This document shows, one piece after another, positions 15,957-38,531 of a stretch of DNA of 64,000 bases. Within the stretch, counting starts at the first letter, position 1. Every line of letters starts with the position of its first letter. Source of the stretch: Mytilus edulis (taxonomy: Eukaryota); assembly GCF_963676685.1 (NCBI RefSeq), contig NC_092352.1:73470001-73534000 (forward strand). Direction: 5' to 3'. Both the position numbers and the translations under genes were made by a program. The notes below the pieces were generated by a model that saw nothing but the letters and a program-made list of their open reading frames with translations, had not been told where the DNA came from and ran no database searches.

Positions 15957-18900
15957 ATTGAATTATAATCCTGGTACCTTTGATAACTATTTACAAACCA
16001 AAACCGAAAGAAACACATTAGGAAACGAACAACAGGAACACCCAAATGAAACAAAAACAAAAGCCAACACACACAGAAACGAAATATCTCATAACAACTG
16101 CCATATTACTGACTTGGTACAGGACACTCTAAGAAAAAAATGGTTGGTAACACCTGTTTTAAAGGCATGACAAACCTTCCACTTAATGACAATGTTAAAA
16201 CATACTGATAAAACATATCTGACAGAAATACAGCACAAACAGACGCAAGAGAAATACACTCCCAATAATATAATAGTCGACACAACATGCAAACCGCAGA
16301 ACAACAACGAACATATTCCAACAACGAAAAACATCACAGGATATCAAAAACAGTGACGCACTTACGTAACTTACATGTTCTATGACAATGATGTAAAGGA
16401 AAGGCAGATTCTAAAAAAATCATTTGGACTATAAACGATAAGACATAAAAGATTATCTAACTGAAACCATGACAGAAACATAAAAAAAATAAACCGTGAA
16501 TGTTGGTTGTACAAAACACCGAAACACGCCAAACTACAATGCAAATTAACATTCAGTATAATAGATATATTATGACAATGATGATATTAAAAGGCACTTT
16601 TACAATTTTTTGGACAACAAATGATATAGCATAACAGATTATTCAATCGATATCATAACACCAAAACAGAAACATTAAAAATAAATACTAGTACACGAAT
16701 GTTGGATGAACAAAATTCCGAGACACGTCGTACAGCAATGTGAATAACTCTCGGTATAACAGTCCTATTCGGGAATAGGTCACGTTATGTACTATAAGAC
16801 AGACGACCTAGATGTAATATCACAATCATGACGTGGTAAAAATGTCATTAGTAAGTGTAGACACGGACACATCGTAAAGATCAACCAAACCATGATGGTA
16901 TCCATAAATTTTACGTGTCATTTTTAATCTTATAACTCTGATGGAACATTTTCTGCGTAAGGAGCTCATTCATGTTCTTGAAGTCAGTAGCGTGTGAACA
17001 TGCACGACCCTCAACGTATCAATTTAGATATATTCACACAACACGACGAAGCAGATGGTATTTTACTGCAGAGCAATTGGAAATTGATCATGTTGATAAT
17101 TGGGAAGTTTTTGTTAAAGATTTTAGTGTGAATTCGTCCACCTGTGTCAATATGGAGGGGAATATTATGGTATAAAGCAGTCATTCTTGTATTACTTTTA
17201 AAAAAAAAGGTGGACGGAAGATATCAAGAGGATATTGAAACCCATGCGTCGAAATCGAACCGAAAATAGCAAAAACTAAAACCGACTATAAGACATACAA
17301 CAAAAAACCCATTCAAAAATAGAGACTGACCAACATGAATGTAACTAGAAATAAATGGTGATCTTAGTATTCAAGCATGATAGACAGATCCTGCTTCAAA
17401 GGTGTCATCAATCGTGTTATTCATGGAACATGTGCAAATAAAAATTGGTCAATGTTATAAATGACGTCCGTACTATAGCACATTTCTAGGGAGCTGATGA
17501 TACCCTCAGAAACTCGCAGTCCTAGTGGTTCTTGAAAACATTGTGTTTTTATCAAAAGGAACACACACATATTACATGTATTAGCCAAATGATATTAGTT
17601 AACTTTGAAGATAGTGTTACTTAATGTAATAAGGAACAATATATCAAATAGTAATAAGCTTTATTACATCAACTTGTTTTGGTTGATAACTTAAAATGTT
17701 GAAATTAGCAAATGCAGTGAGCCAGATATTAGTATTACGTGAATCAAAAGCCCTTTAAGTTTGATTCCTGATTTCGTTAACACAACAACATCAAATAAAA
17801 TACATAGAATAGTTATTATGCTCAGTTACCATTTTCTCGTAGAAGAACACCACTGTCAGTATGTACAGTTACAGACAAACAGTCACGATGAAGGTGACAT
17901 TTGTGTGTTGTTTTGTTGTAACATGCTGTACAGCAATCATCTCTGGTACACTCTCTGGCACAGGCAATGGAGGAAGGTACTGTTACAGTTGCGATTATTG
18001 TTTCGTTCGATGTAATTTGTGTTTTATATTTGATCGAAAACGATTGCAATTCACCTTTGCAATAGCAGAAAAATTATAGAACCGCTACCACGATTCTTTG
18101 AATATACATGACTATTTATTGTTTGAGTCTTGAGTAACAAGTCTTCAAAAACCGCATTTCGGTGTATAACAATCAAATATCATTTTGATAGAAACCAGGT
18201 TTTACCAACTGACCAATGAACAAGAAAAAGAACTTAAATGATTTAATCATAGGAAGAACATAAAACATGACCAATTTCTTAAAGACAATTAATATTAATG
18301 GATTTAAATCTTATGAAGTTCTAATGCCAATATTTTTTCTACATTTGAGAACCAGTGACACCATTTACTTACAAACAAAAGAAAAGAATAACAATTATAT
18401 GCTTTTTTAAATCAGCAAAAATTGAAATTAGAATACAAAACTGATAATTATCCTCTTGGAAATCTTAACAAATCGAAAACTTTAGCCAAGAAAATGATTG
18501 TTTCTCAATATCAGGCTATAGTTTAAACAAACATCACTGTAATATAATGACACGTACGTAACACATAAAACTGTTCAATAAACACTTATAGATGCAATCT
18601 TAAAATATTCCTTTGTATATGTACAAAAGAATGAACACAACACGTAATCAAATTCATGCGTCTGAGGAGATTTTGAGGTTTTACCTTTACAACCGAATAT
18701 TTGATAGCCAAGGATGTATAAAAACATAAACAGTTGTAGAGTGAAGAATAATATTCGTGCATGAGTACTAACTATTGATTAAACTGCGAGGAGAATCACC
18801 TGCATTAACCAAACTTATAACGGCTTTTATGGCAAAATATTAATTGAATACTTAGATAATCTCCAGATAATATGTTAACTTAACATTAAGTTGTGATAAA

Positions 18901-19766
18901 TTATTGGTAAATTCTACATGTACTTATAATGATAAAATCATATTTGTAGTTTTAAAGTTTACTCCTGGTTTTGTTTCTTTTACAGCAGTTTCTGTTTCCA
19001 TTGGTCTCTAATGGATAGTTGCCTGATTGGGAATAATACCACAGCTTCTTTTTTGGTTTAAAGCAGAAATTTGTTAATACTTGTGCGCCATAATTTTGCT
19101 ACACATATCATGTACAAGGCTATATAATGAATAATTGATAACTGTTGAAAAGTGATAATTGTTCAGGCAGTGCTGAATGGAGTAGTAGGTTGATAGATTA
19201 CATTGTTTTCGAAGTCATACAATGATCTATGACATGTGTTACCATTAAAACAATCTTAGAACCAAAAAGTCAATTTTCTACAACATTTATGCGATTTACT
19301 TTTATTTTTGTATCCTCATTCTCAACTTTTTAAGGTTGAAACTGAATACAGGAAAAATAGAAATGAATACTTGTATTCTGTATATTAAAGAACAATTCTC
19401 TGTATCCACCAACCATTTTATATAGCGGGGACAGCACGCATAGTCACCGATTTTCATGAAACTTTGCCAAAACATGTGATTATGTAATAAAGTAAGAAAA
19501 ATGCCCACAAAAATGTTGCTAGGTCATGGTTGCCATGGAAACCAGTTATATGAGATTTCTCTCGCAAATTTTGAGAAATTTAGCATCGAAAAATTTGTAA
19601 ATATTTTTCAGTAACATAAAACTAAACAAACAAAATAGCAATGTCATACATAAAAAATATTTTGGATGAATATTATCACAACCGCAGAAGCAGAGGCTAT
19701 TTTTCAATATATTTCAGAAGACCAATTTAACACATTTTGTATGAACAAAATAGACATTTTGGCACC

Positions 19767-20767
19767 CACCTCCATTTAAGATTATGGCAACGCTTTACTC
19801 TATGGACTACCAGCTTACATGATTCAGAGACTACAAAGGGTTCAGAACACTGCTGCGCGAGTAGTTACAAGAAAAAAGAAATACGAACACATTACTTCGA
19901 CACTTGAGTCTCTTCACTGGCTGCCTGTGTAATACAGGGTGCAATACAAAATATTATTATATGTATTCCAGTCCGTGAAACATGAAGCGCCATTATATCT
20001 TAGTGAACTTGTAAATTTATACAGGCCATCAAGATCATTAAGGTCTGAAAACAACTTAACACTCGTAACTCCTATTGTGCGAACCAAAACCTACGGCAAT
20101 AGAAGATTTGATCAAGCAGCGGCCATCCTTTGGAATGCATTACCAAAAAAACTTCAAAATGCAAAGTCGGTGCCTGTATTCAAAAAGAACTTAAAAACTC
20201 ACTTTTTTCGACAAGCATTTTTAATCCCTTAAATTCGTTTCTGTGATACATTGTGCCATAGACGTTAGCCTGCTTTTGATTTATCGAACCTTTCTTTTAA
20301 CTGGAGATATGTTTCATTTATAATATGTACATTGTATGTTTTTTTAGTAGCACACATATTTTTCATTTCAGTAATTATATTTTTACATGATAATATTCCT
20401 TTTTCATCTTTTGAATACGTTTTCAAATTTTTAACTTATATTTGATAATTTGTAATAGCAATCTTATTTTAGACTTTTTTGGCTATTTATTTTACCAACT
20501 TTATTCAGTATAATTTTTTACTCGTTTTTTTATTTTGATTCATTGATATATATATTCCACTTTTTTGAAAAAAAAATTCCACATTATTAATCCTTTTATC
20601 TAGAAAAGTTTTAACACTTAAATATTTATTTTGTGGGTTCATGTTTTATATTTTTATCACTGTCTGTGTGTTTATTTCGTTAAACATGTGATGTAAAGCG
20701 CTTTGAGTAATATTGTTTTAGATTTAGCGCTATAGAAAAATTGTAATAATAAATAATAAATAAATAA
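19767..20767 (+). mobile_element. L2/CR1-group LINE 3' end nested in the TTAA transposon
   Basis: DYGNALLYGLP...LQRVQNTAARVV...HIT.TL.SLHWLPV...YKILL...LRS...WNALP...FKKNLKTHFF, then a 3' UTR and an (AAT/AAAT)n tail at ~20744-20767. Confidence 0.85.
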
Positions 20768-21109
20768 CATGTGGTTATGAATGAAAAGTATCAATGTTTC
20801 TAATAAACAAATTATAACAAAATGTTTGGGAAATTGGGTTATAGGATGGTTGCTATGGAAACAAAAGGTGTCATTTTTGCCTTTTACCTCTTAGATGTAG
20901 CCATTTTATTAAAATAATCCACAAAAGTATTATTGAATGACTATGATGTGCAAACCATTGGCAATTAAATTACCATAAATTTGTCCAAAAGTCAAAGGTC
21001 ATTGATAACCTTGACCTTTGACCTTGTGTATATTAATTGAATTTAGAATGGAAATATAAGAGGCATACTATACATGGAGAAAATGATCAGGACGTTTAAA
21101 AAAAAAATA

Positions 21110-21465
21110 AAATTGAAAATGGAAATGGGGAATGTGCCAAAAAGACAACAACCCGACCATAGAAAAAAACAACAGCAGAAGGTCACCAACAGGTCTTCAA
21201 TGTAGCGAGAAATTCCCGCACCCGGAGGCGTCCTTCAGCTGGCCCCTAAACAAATATATACTAGTTCAGTGATAATGAACGCCATACTAATTTCCAAATT
21301 GTACACAAGAAACTAAAATTAAAATAATACAAGACTAACAAAGGCCAGAGGCTCCTGACTTGGGACAGGCGCAAAAATGCGGCGGGGTTAAACATGTTTG
21401 TGAGATCTCAACACTCCCCCTATACATTGTACCTCTAGCCAATGTAGAAAAGTAAACGCATAACA
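21110..21465. repeat. Dispersed repeat, also at 59322-59660
   Basis: Near-identical aatggaaatggggaatgtg...agacaacaacccgacc...ctcctgacttgggacaggcgcaaaaatgcggcggggttaaacatg in both places. Confidence 0.8.
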
Positions 21466-24400
21466 AGCCAATTTTTATTAACATATGAAAAACAGAGAGT
21501 CAAGGTCATGTCAAAAGTGCTTAGAAACCACCCTTGTTTGATAAAAAAGTACCTAGCAACCATACATGATTTCAGTTAGGACTATATAAACTATTACATA
21601 TATCTAACTTCAAAGATCTATGGGGTGTCATTACATTATTTGTAATTAATCACTCATTTGAAGTGTAAAACTTCCTAGCAACCATTTATTTATATTAGGA
21701 AAATGCCTTGCAACCATCAATTTATATTGAAAAGAGCATAGCAACCAATTGATTATTTTAAAACAGTTTATTGTAGGTTTCATTGGGACAAAAATCAGAA
21801 AAAAATAATATTAAGAACACATGTTTAATCTGGAATAGTAAATTATATAGCAAATTTAATTTCAGGAGACTGATTACACATACATACAAAAATTTAAAAG
21901 ATGTCGTCTGATGAGACAACTCTCCAGAAGACAACCAAATGTTATTGAAATACAAGTTCTTTATATCTACAAGAAGAGGAGAATAGGAATATAACTGATA
22001 GGAGACCGACCAGTTTATTTTGGTTGGAGTTGACCTTTTAAGCAAAGAAGTTATGCCTAGACAATGTATTCATTTTCACTCGTTATAACTTATAAGGCTT
22101 GATTATTTCATATTTTTCGTCGAATTTGTTTTTCATTGCGTACACACCGTTTTTGAATTTTAAATAGTTTTAGGATGATGTGCATCTAAATGTACAGAAA
22201 ATTGTTTTAGCATGTTTTGGGCAATATTATTTATCTTCAGAACAAGACACTTTCACATTCATTTCATTAAACTTCCATTATCCCCATCACAAAATATAAA
22301 ATGATCTTTCCTAACTAATATAACAACACTGCATCTACTATCATTGCTATTTTTATACATCAACAGTGGAAGATTAAAAAAAATATTAAAAAATACTTTG
22401 TGTGTTGAGCAAAAGTTATTTTAATAGAGTCTCAGTGCCAATTGAGCTTTTCTCATAACAATGGCCTAGTCGTTGTTAACTTTAATATAAAAAACACGAA
22501 CTCTCCTTTGAAATTAGTAATCGAAGAGACTAAGACTAGGCCAATCAGGACCCCTTTTGGCCCAAAAATATAGAATTATTCCATTTGCTTTAAAAGTAAA
22601 CTCTAAAGCTTTTTATAAGAAAGTAGAAAGCGTGTGTTAGATAAATATGAGTCGACTTTGACAACACAGTGAAACACGCGTAAAGAAATTGAGTCATTTT
22701 GTCATGCAAAAAAACTAATATTTTGATAATACAATTAAATCACCAAGTTTTTCTTTACATTATTAAATAAACCATCTAACCATTAAACTGCAAATCTGTC
22801 TTCAAAGGATAAGGCAAGATAACCTACATGATTGGCTCCCTATTTTAGTAAAAAAAAAAGAAGACAATTGTTTTTTATGAATTTTATGTTGCTAGATCCA
22901 TACTTAAGAGGACACAAATCACCTTTTATTAACCGTTGCTCGGAAATATTTCTGTTGCTAAGTGGTTGCTAAGCAATTTGTGAACTTAAATTGAAGTGCA
23001 AGACTACTCATTTGTATCTTCAAGTTATTCTCAAACAAACCATATTATCTGGAAAATATGATTATTTGTACAGATACAGCAATTCGTATGTGCTAATTCT
23101 ATTATGAAGTAAAAATGGTTGCTAGGCAACCTTCTTTTACCGGGAATCAAAAAAAAATAATAATTTTTTAAAAAGTTTCTATATTAAGGCTAGCAATGGT
23201 ATGAATTAAGACTTCTTTTGAGAGGGGGATAAAAACGCCCCTTACATGTATCATAGTACCTTCTCTTTTGTAGATTTGGGCAAATAACTAGAGCAATTTG
23301 TACTGCGATTGTGCAATCCATGATGGCGGTATATTATGAATCTACCTTAAATTCATTTGACAACCCCTAATTAGAGTAAATACCATTTAAAGTCAATTTG
23401 GGTTAACAATCGTCATTTAGTATTAACATACATATATTAATATAGAATATTCTATGTATAACTTCAGGGGTAACTAAACAAGGGTACATAATTGGGATAA
23501 GGAAACAAGAAAAATTGCTGTTATTTGATTTTTTCTCCTTTGTACTAGTACAAAATGTATTCATTAAAAGGTAAAACGGCTATATGGAGTAAAATGAAAT
23601 TTTCGAATATTTTTATTTAATGATTGAGTCTTGTTGGTAATTTTTACTATTAAATTGTTCATTTATCCATATAAGTTTCACTAAAAAAATGTTTTGTTAC
23701 ATTACTTTTTATAAGATTGAAGATTCAAGATTAAGAACACAAAAGTAAAACACGAGTCCCCTAGTAAACGATAGAATGATTCAACTGGTATTTTTTTTCG
23801 TAAAATTAATAAAATACTTTGGAAAAAACAGCATTTGTTATTCAAGTAAGAACAGGAAACAAAGTAGTTGGCGATTAACTAAAATGTACATGAGTAAACT
23901 CATGTGTGTGAATTATTCAAGAAACACAATACCTGTTCTTAAAAGAAATTTAAGAGTATAAATGGAAGAATGAATTACAACTTTAGTAAAGCATCAATAC
24001 AAGGATGGTTGCTATGCATTTTCTGATTATACGAGAATGGCTGGTAAAGCTTATGTTGAAAATATTGATCCCTCAACTTTTAATTAGGATGTATATCACA
24101 GTTCGTATCAATCTGACCTCAACTTTGTATGGTTGCTAGGTACTTTTATATCAAGTAAGGGTCGTTGCTAAGAACTTTTAACATGACCTTGACCTCTGGC
24201 ATTTTGCTTTCTAACCAAATATAAGCAAAATTTGTCTAAACACTTTATCAAAATACTGGTTGGGTTTATTTGATAAAATTTTTAACAAAATTAAACAATA
24301 AAGACCAAAGGTCAAAGTCAAGGTCAAAATAACTTTGACCTTTAGGTCAATTTTCAGGTCATTGAATGCACAACATGTCCCAAGTGATTTTTATCTTGTA

Positions 24401-26632
24401 TTTGTCACTGTTTTAAAACTATCTAAATAACAATGTCAAAATTTTTCTTCAAAATACTAAAAATGACACTTTTATGTTCCCATAGCAACCACACTAGCAA
24501 CCTATTTCCCAAACCTTTAATGAAAAATTATTCCTAGGCAACAGTCATAGTTTACATTTATCACTTTAGTATAATTGGTTGTGGATGCAAAAGTGTAAAA
24601 TTATGTCATGCAAAATGCCTATAATTTGCCTTTTTGAATACATTGAAAATGCCACTATTTAAATCAGTGTTGCCCCTTCTTTCCCTTTTGTCAGAAATAA
24701 TTTTTATTTTTTTCATCTTACTCATAAAGTGTTATATTTAAATGAACAATAGTCAAATTGGTCATAAAACTTGAAATGTAAGCATGATAACTGCTTAAAA
24801 TAGGTCTTTTTTTATTTGCAAAATATGCATTTTTGAGACAAAATCCAAAGGGACTCATAACCATGGCAACGGAGGCATAAACACATTTTTTGTCAACATT
24901 TGTCATGTTAATTTATCGATAGGTACCAACAGACCAAATTTCAAGAAAATCATAGACTATGCGTGCCGCAACTTGGTTGGTGGTTACAGATAATTGCTAT
25001 TTAAAACATTATCGTTGAAAAAAATAATTAGTTTTACGCTTGAGTGTACTGCAAAAAGAAAATAATTACAATTAAAAAATATAATACTTTAACAGCGAAG
25101 GTAGCATTTAATTACTATCTTATGACTTTTGAATTCTATATTGGTTTAATATTTATATTTTGAAAGTCTTTGTGTAAATGTCAATCGGAACAACTTAGAT
25201 CACCCCAGTCTGAGATGTGCTGTGTTTTATAAAATAATGCCATGGCATTTTCTGTTAAGATTCGATTTCTGAGTTTGAATATCACTTTTGTATCTTTCTC
25301 CTATCATTGTTTGTCTTTATTTTCTTCTTTTTGGTTTTTCAATATTTTGTTCTGTGTGTGAAAAGCAACTGTATTAAGATACTATTGAGATACTATTCAA
25401 GGGTTTAAACTCCCCAGGAAAAGTTGTTCTTATCTCAGGTCCTTTCTGGTCACATCGCTTTGTTATACATCATGTACAACTTTGGTTCTCAAGTATTCGG
25501 CTTTCATGGTCTCTGCTGAAGTTTATTCCAGAAAAGCGCTTCGGAGACATAAAATTAACATTATATAAAAAGCATGTACATCGAAAACCGTACTTTTTAT
25601 AATTAACAAATAAATGAAATGTTCAAAAAGGAATGAAGTACTGTTCATATTTTGGTGCTCCCGAAGCGCTTTTATTTAGACCATTCAACGCTGAAAACTG
25701 GAAACGTTAGGTGCGCCATAAATATAAGGAAGAACTTGCTGAGGAAAATTTATATTTTTAATAGTTTCATTATTCATCAACATACAATGTAGAATTTTAA
25801 AAGAAAATATTGTGTCAATCATGTCAATACAAATCTTTGACTACTAAAATGATAATACTATAAGTCCACAAGAGGCGATTTCGATCCACTGCCTGTAAAA
25901 TGATTAACACTTTTAAAGCAAAAGTTATTTAACTTTTTTTCTTGATTATTTCGCATGTTTATATGTTTTGTTGTTAAATTAATGACTTCTTTAGTACGTA
26001 TCAATTAACTTAAATAAACACATTGTACATTACGGTTATGGTATTGTTCCTATATGAAAAATATTTTTCGTTCTTTTCAAGAAAATACATCCTAAGTATG
26101 TGATTACAATTTAAAGTTTAGAATAAACATCAATCCCAAAAAGTGAAGAAAAAAAACCTGCAATATTCCTGACTTGAGTATAGGCATTTTCCGAAAATTA
26201 CATCGAGAACATATGTTGATCAATAGTAACCCCACCGAATCAAGTCTTATATCCGGTGTTTCTATAGAGGCAAATATAGCATTCATCGGTACAAGTTTGA
26301 GCATTGCGTGAAATGTCTCATGTTTACATTGAGTTTATTATGCTAAATGAAATGATGAAAACTATCAAATAAAATAGAGAAATTTAAAGGTAAATTGTTG
26401 TATAAATTGACAGAAGATTGACAGATTAATGCCAAAGGGAATTCAATATAGGATGACCACCCTAATAACAAAAATAAGAAAGAAACACTAGAGGTTGTTT
26501 TGAAATATTATTTTCTGTCCCCTCAATACATTGTAGGTCCATTTTTCTTATTGAATTTAGATAAACATTTGTGAATGGGTCACAATTCACAAATAGCAAT
26601 TTTCTTTCCCAGTTAGGATGTTGTTTACTCTA

Positions 26633-35599
<8,967 letters not shown>

Positions 35600-35677
35600 A
35601 AATAAATAAATATTGTTTGAGTCTTGAGTAACAAGTCTTCAAAAATCGCAATGCGGTTGATAACAATCAAAATATCA

Positions 35678-35684
35678 TTTTATA
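35678..35684 (-). promoter_or_regulatory. Candidate TATA box of copy C
   Basis: TATAAAA ~79 nt upstream of the ATG in a block conserved among C, D and E. Confidence 0.35.
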
Positions 35685-36769
35685 GAAACCAGGGGTTTCA
35701 AACTGACCAATGAACAAGAAAAAGAAATTAAACGATTTAACAATAGAAAGTATAAACAGCGTGAACAATTTCTTAGAGAATATCAATATTTATCGATGAA
35801 AATGTTATGAAATCCTAATGCCAATATTTTTTTCTACATTTTCAAACCAGTGACACCATTTACTGACAAACAAAAAGAAAAGAATAACAATTATATGATT
35901 TTTTGAATAAGCCAAAATTGAAATTAAAATACACAACTGATAATTATCCTCTGGGAAATCTTAACAAATCGAAGACATTAGCAAATAAAATGATTGTTTT
36001 TCAGTATCAGGCTATAGTTTAAACAGACATCATTGTAAAAAAAGACACATACGTAACATACAAAACTGTTCAATAAACACTTATAGATGCACTCTAAAAA
36101 TATTCCTTCCCCCCCCCCCCTTATTTTGAAATAAATAATTATACTTATTACGAACGTACGTAAGAATGAAAACAACACGTAATTAAATTCGTGCGTCTTA
36201 GGAGCTTTTGATGTTTTACCTCTACAACCGAATATTTGATAGCCAATGATGTATAAAAACATGAATAGTTGAAGAGTAATATTTCTTGCATGAGTACTTA
36301 GTATTGATTAAACTGCGAGGAGAATCACCTGCATTCACCAAACTAATAACGGCTTTTATGGCAAAATATCAATTGAAATACTGTTTTATGCTTAGATTAT
36401 TTCCAGATAATATGTTTACTTGATATTTAGTAGTTGTAAATTATTGTTAAATTCTGCATGTACTTATAATGATTGAATCATATTTTGTTGATTTAGAGTG
36501 TACTTATTGTTTATTTCTTTACATCTGTTTATTTTCCATTGGTCTCTACTAGATAGTTGCCTGATTGGAAATAATACCACATCTTCTTTTTTGTTTAAGG
36601 CAGAATTTTTTTTATACTTGTGCGCCATACGTTTGCTACATATATCATGTACAAGGCTATACACTGAATAATTTATAACTGTGAAATAGTGATTATTGTT
36701 CAGACAGTGCTAAATGGAGTAGTTGATTGATAGATTACATTGTTTTCAAAGTCATACAATGATCTATAT

Positions 36770-37190
36770 AAAGAAGAAGATGTGGTATGATTGCCAATGA
36801 GACAACTATCCACATAAGACCTAACAACTATAGGTCACCGTACGGTCTTCAACAATGAGCAAAGCCCATACCGCATAGTCAGCTATAAAAGGTCCCGATA
36901 AGACAATGTAAAACAATTCAAACAAGAAAACTAACGGCCCTATTTATGTAAAAAAATGAACGAAAAACAAATATGCAACACATAAACAAACGACAATCAC
37001 TGAATTACAGGCTCCTGACTTGGGACAGGCACATACATAAATAATGTGGCGGGGTTAAACATGTTAGCGGGATCCCAACCCTCCCCCTAACCTGGGACAG
37101 TGGTTTAACAGTACAACATCAGAACGAACTATAAAAATCAGTTGAAAAAGGCTTAACTCATCAGATGGACAAAAATACAAGTGGACAACA
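36770..37190 (+). repeat. Dispersed repeat (gatgtggtatgattgccaatgagacaact family); second copy 38166-38371 is truncated by the PLE
   Basis: Two near-identical copies. The first is absent from the paralogous region upstream of copy D (~19230). Confidence 0.8.
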
Positions 37191-38412
37191 TGTGATACCA
37201 TTAAAAAAAATCTTATAACCAAAATGTCAATTTTCTATAACATTTATGTGATTTACTTTATTTTTATATCCTCATTCTCAACTTTTCAGGATGAAATACA
37301 GGACAAACATAAAAGTAAATACTTGTATTCTATATAAACATAATCGTTGAAGAAAATGATTAGTTTCATGCTTAGATATACTGCAAAAAGATAAGAAAAA
37401 CAATTAAAAATAGTAGAGGTTGCATTATTGACTTTCTCATGATTTTCTGTATTGGTTTTATGTTTGTATTTTTAAACAGGAACAACTTAGATCAACCCAG
37501 TCCTGGATGTTCCGTTTTCGGTTTATTGATGCCATGGACTTGTCTGTTAGGATTCAACTTCTGCATTTGCATGTTTCTCCTCTCTTTAATTGTCTTTATT
37601 TTCTCCTTCTTGTTGTTCAAAATTTTGTTCTGTGTGTGGCAAGCAACTGTATGTTAACATTTTTAAAACCAGTCTTCACATATATCAACGCATATCGTAG
37701 AAATTAAAAAGAAAAAAAAAACACAACTAAGAAAGAATAGCAACCGGTGGCATTCGTGTAGTAGGCGTAACATAATGTTTATTGGTAACCGATTAAATCT
37801 GCTATAAAAAATATAAAAAAATATTTGGTAGTTAATAGATTATAAGTTTTTCATCATATACTTGATATCCGAAAGTATAAAATGGTAATTTCGGATATAA
37901 GTCACTTCAAAACTATTAGAAAACCAATAAAAACTTGTGAAAACCCGCTGAAAATTGCTTTCGTCTTGCGCTTGATATCAGAAAAATATCAAAGTTAGAC
38001 AACCATTCAGCTGAAAGACATTTCCTAGGTTACCGTTTTAAATTCATGAAAACAAAGTTCTAGGAAAAAGCCAAGTCTGCACTAGTTTATATCTTGATTT
38101 ATATGCAGTTAAAATTTCTAAACGGACATTCCATACTTCAATAGTTATGATAAATATAATCATATAAAAAAGAGGATGTGGTATGATTGCCAATGAGACA
38201 ACTATCCACAAAAGACCAAAATGACACAGACATTAACAACTATAGGTCACCGTACGGCTTTCAACAATGAGCAAAGCCCATACCGCATAGTCAGCTATAA
38301 AAGGCCCCGATAAGACATTGTAAAACAAGTCATACGAAAAAACTAACGGCCTTATTTATGTAAAAAAATGATGAATGTCTGGAAGTACCTATCAGCCACG
38401 TTTGCCTATTCT

Positions 38413-38512
38413 CCAGGACCCAACACGTCGTGTTTCTGCAATACAGAATAGGACAAACTCTATAATATTCCGTGGCTCATATGAAGGGTGGGTGCTTCAT
38501 CAGGGGTTCTGA
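38413..38512 (-). ncRNA. Second copy of the PLE 3' hammerhead
   Basis: Reverse complement of 41730-41829, with a mismatch and a wobble in helix I. Confidence 0.65.
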
Positions 38513-38531
38513 CCCAATCCTTCATATTGTA

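Larger units (their letters stand above)
13055..18109 (-). pseudogene. PAN/apple-mucin stalk-FReD gene, copy D (pseudogene)
   Basis: Exon 1 17830..18109 has TAA at codon 12 (18074-18076). Exon 2 15409..~15700 lacks its acceptor and has TAA at 15641-15643. Exon 3 14615..14710 is 96 nt (1-nt deletion vs 97 nt in paralogs). Only the 3' part of exon 4 (13055..~13121, TFGVGIESTNYLLTISGYNGDAG) remains beside a LINE. Exon 5 is absent. Confidence 0.9.
19389..25000. mobile_element. Non-autonomous TTAA-flanked DNA transposon (Kolobok-like) with long inverted arms
   Basis: TTAA at 19385-19388 and 25001-25004. Imperfect TIR agaacaattctctgtatccaccaacca... / ...ttggttggtggttacagataattgctat. The paralogous empty site is visible upstream of copy C at ~37335. 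Confidence 0.8.
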
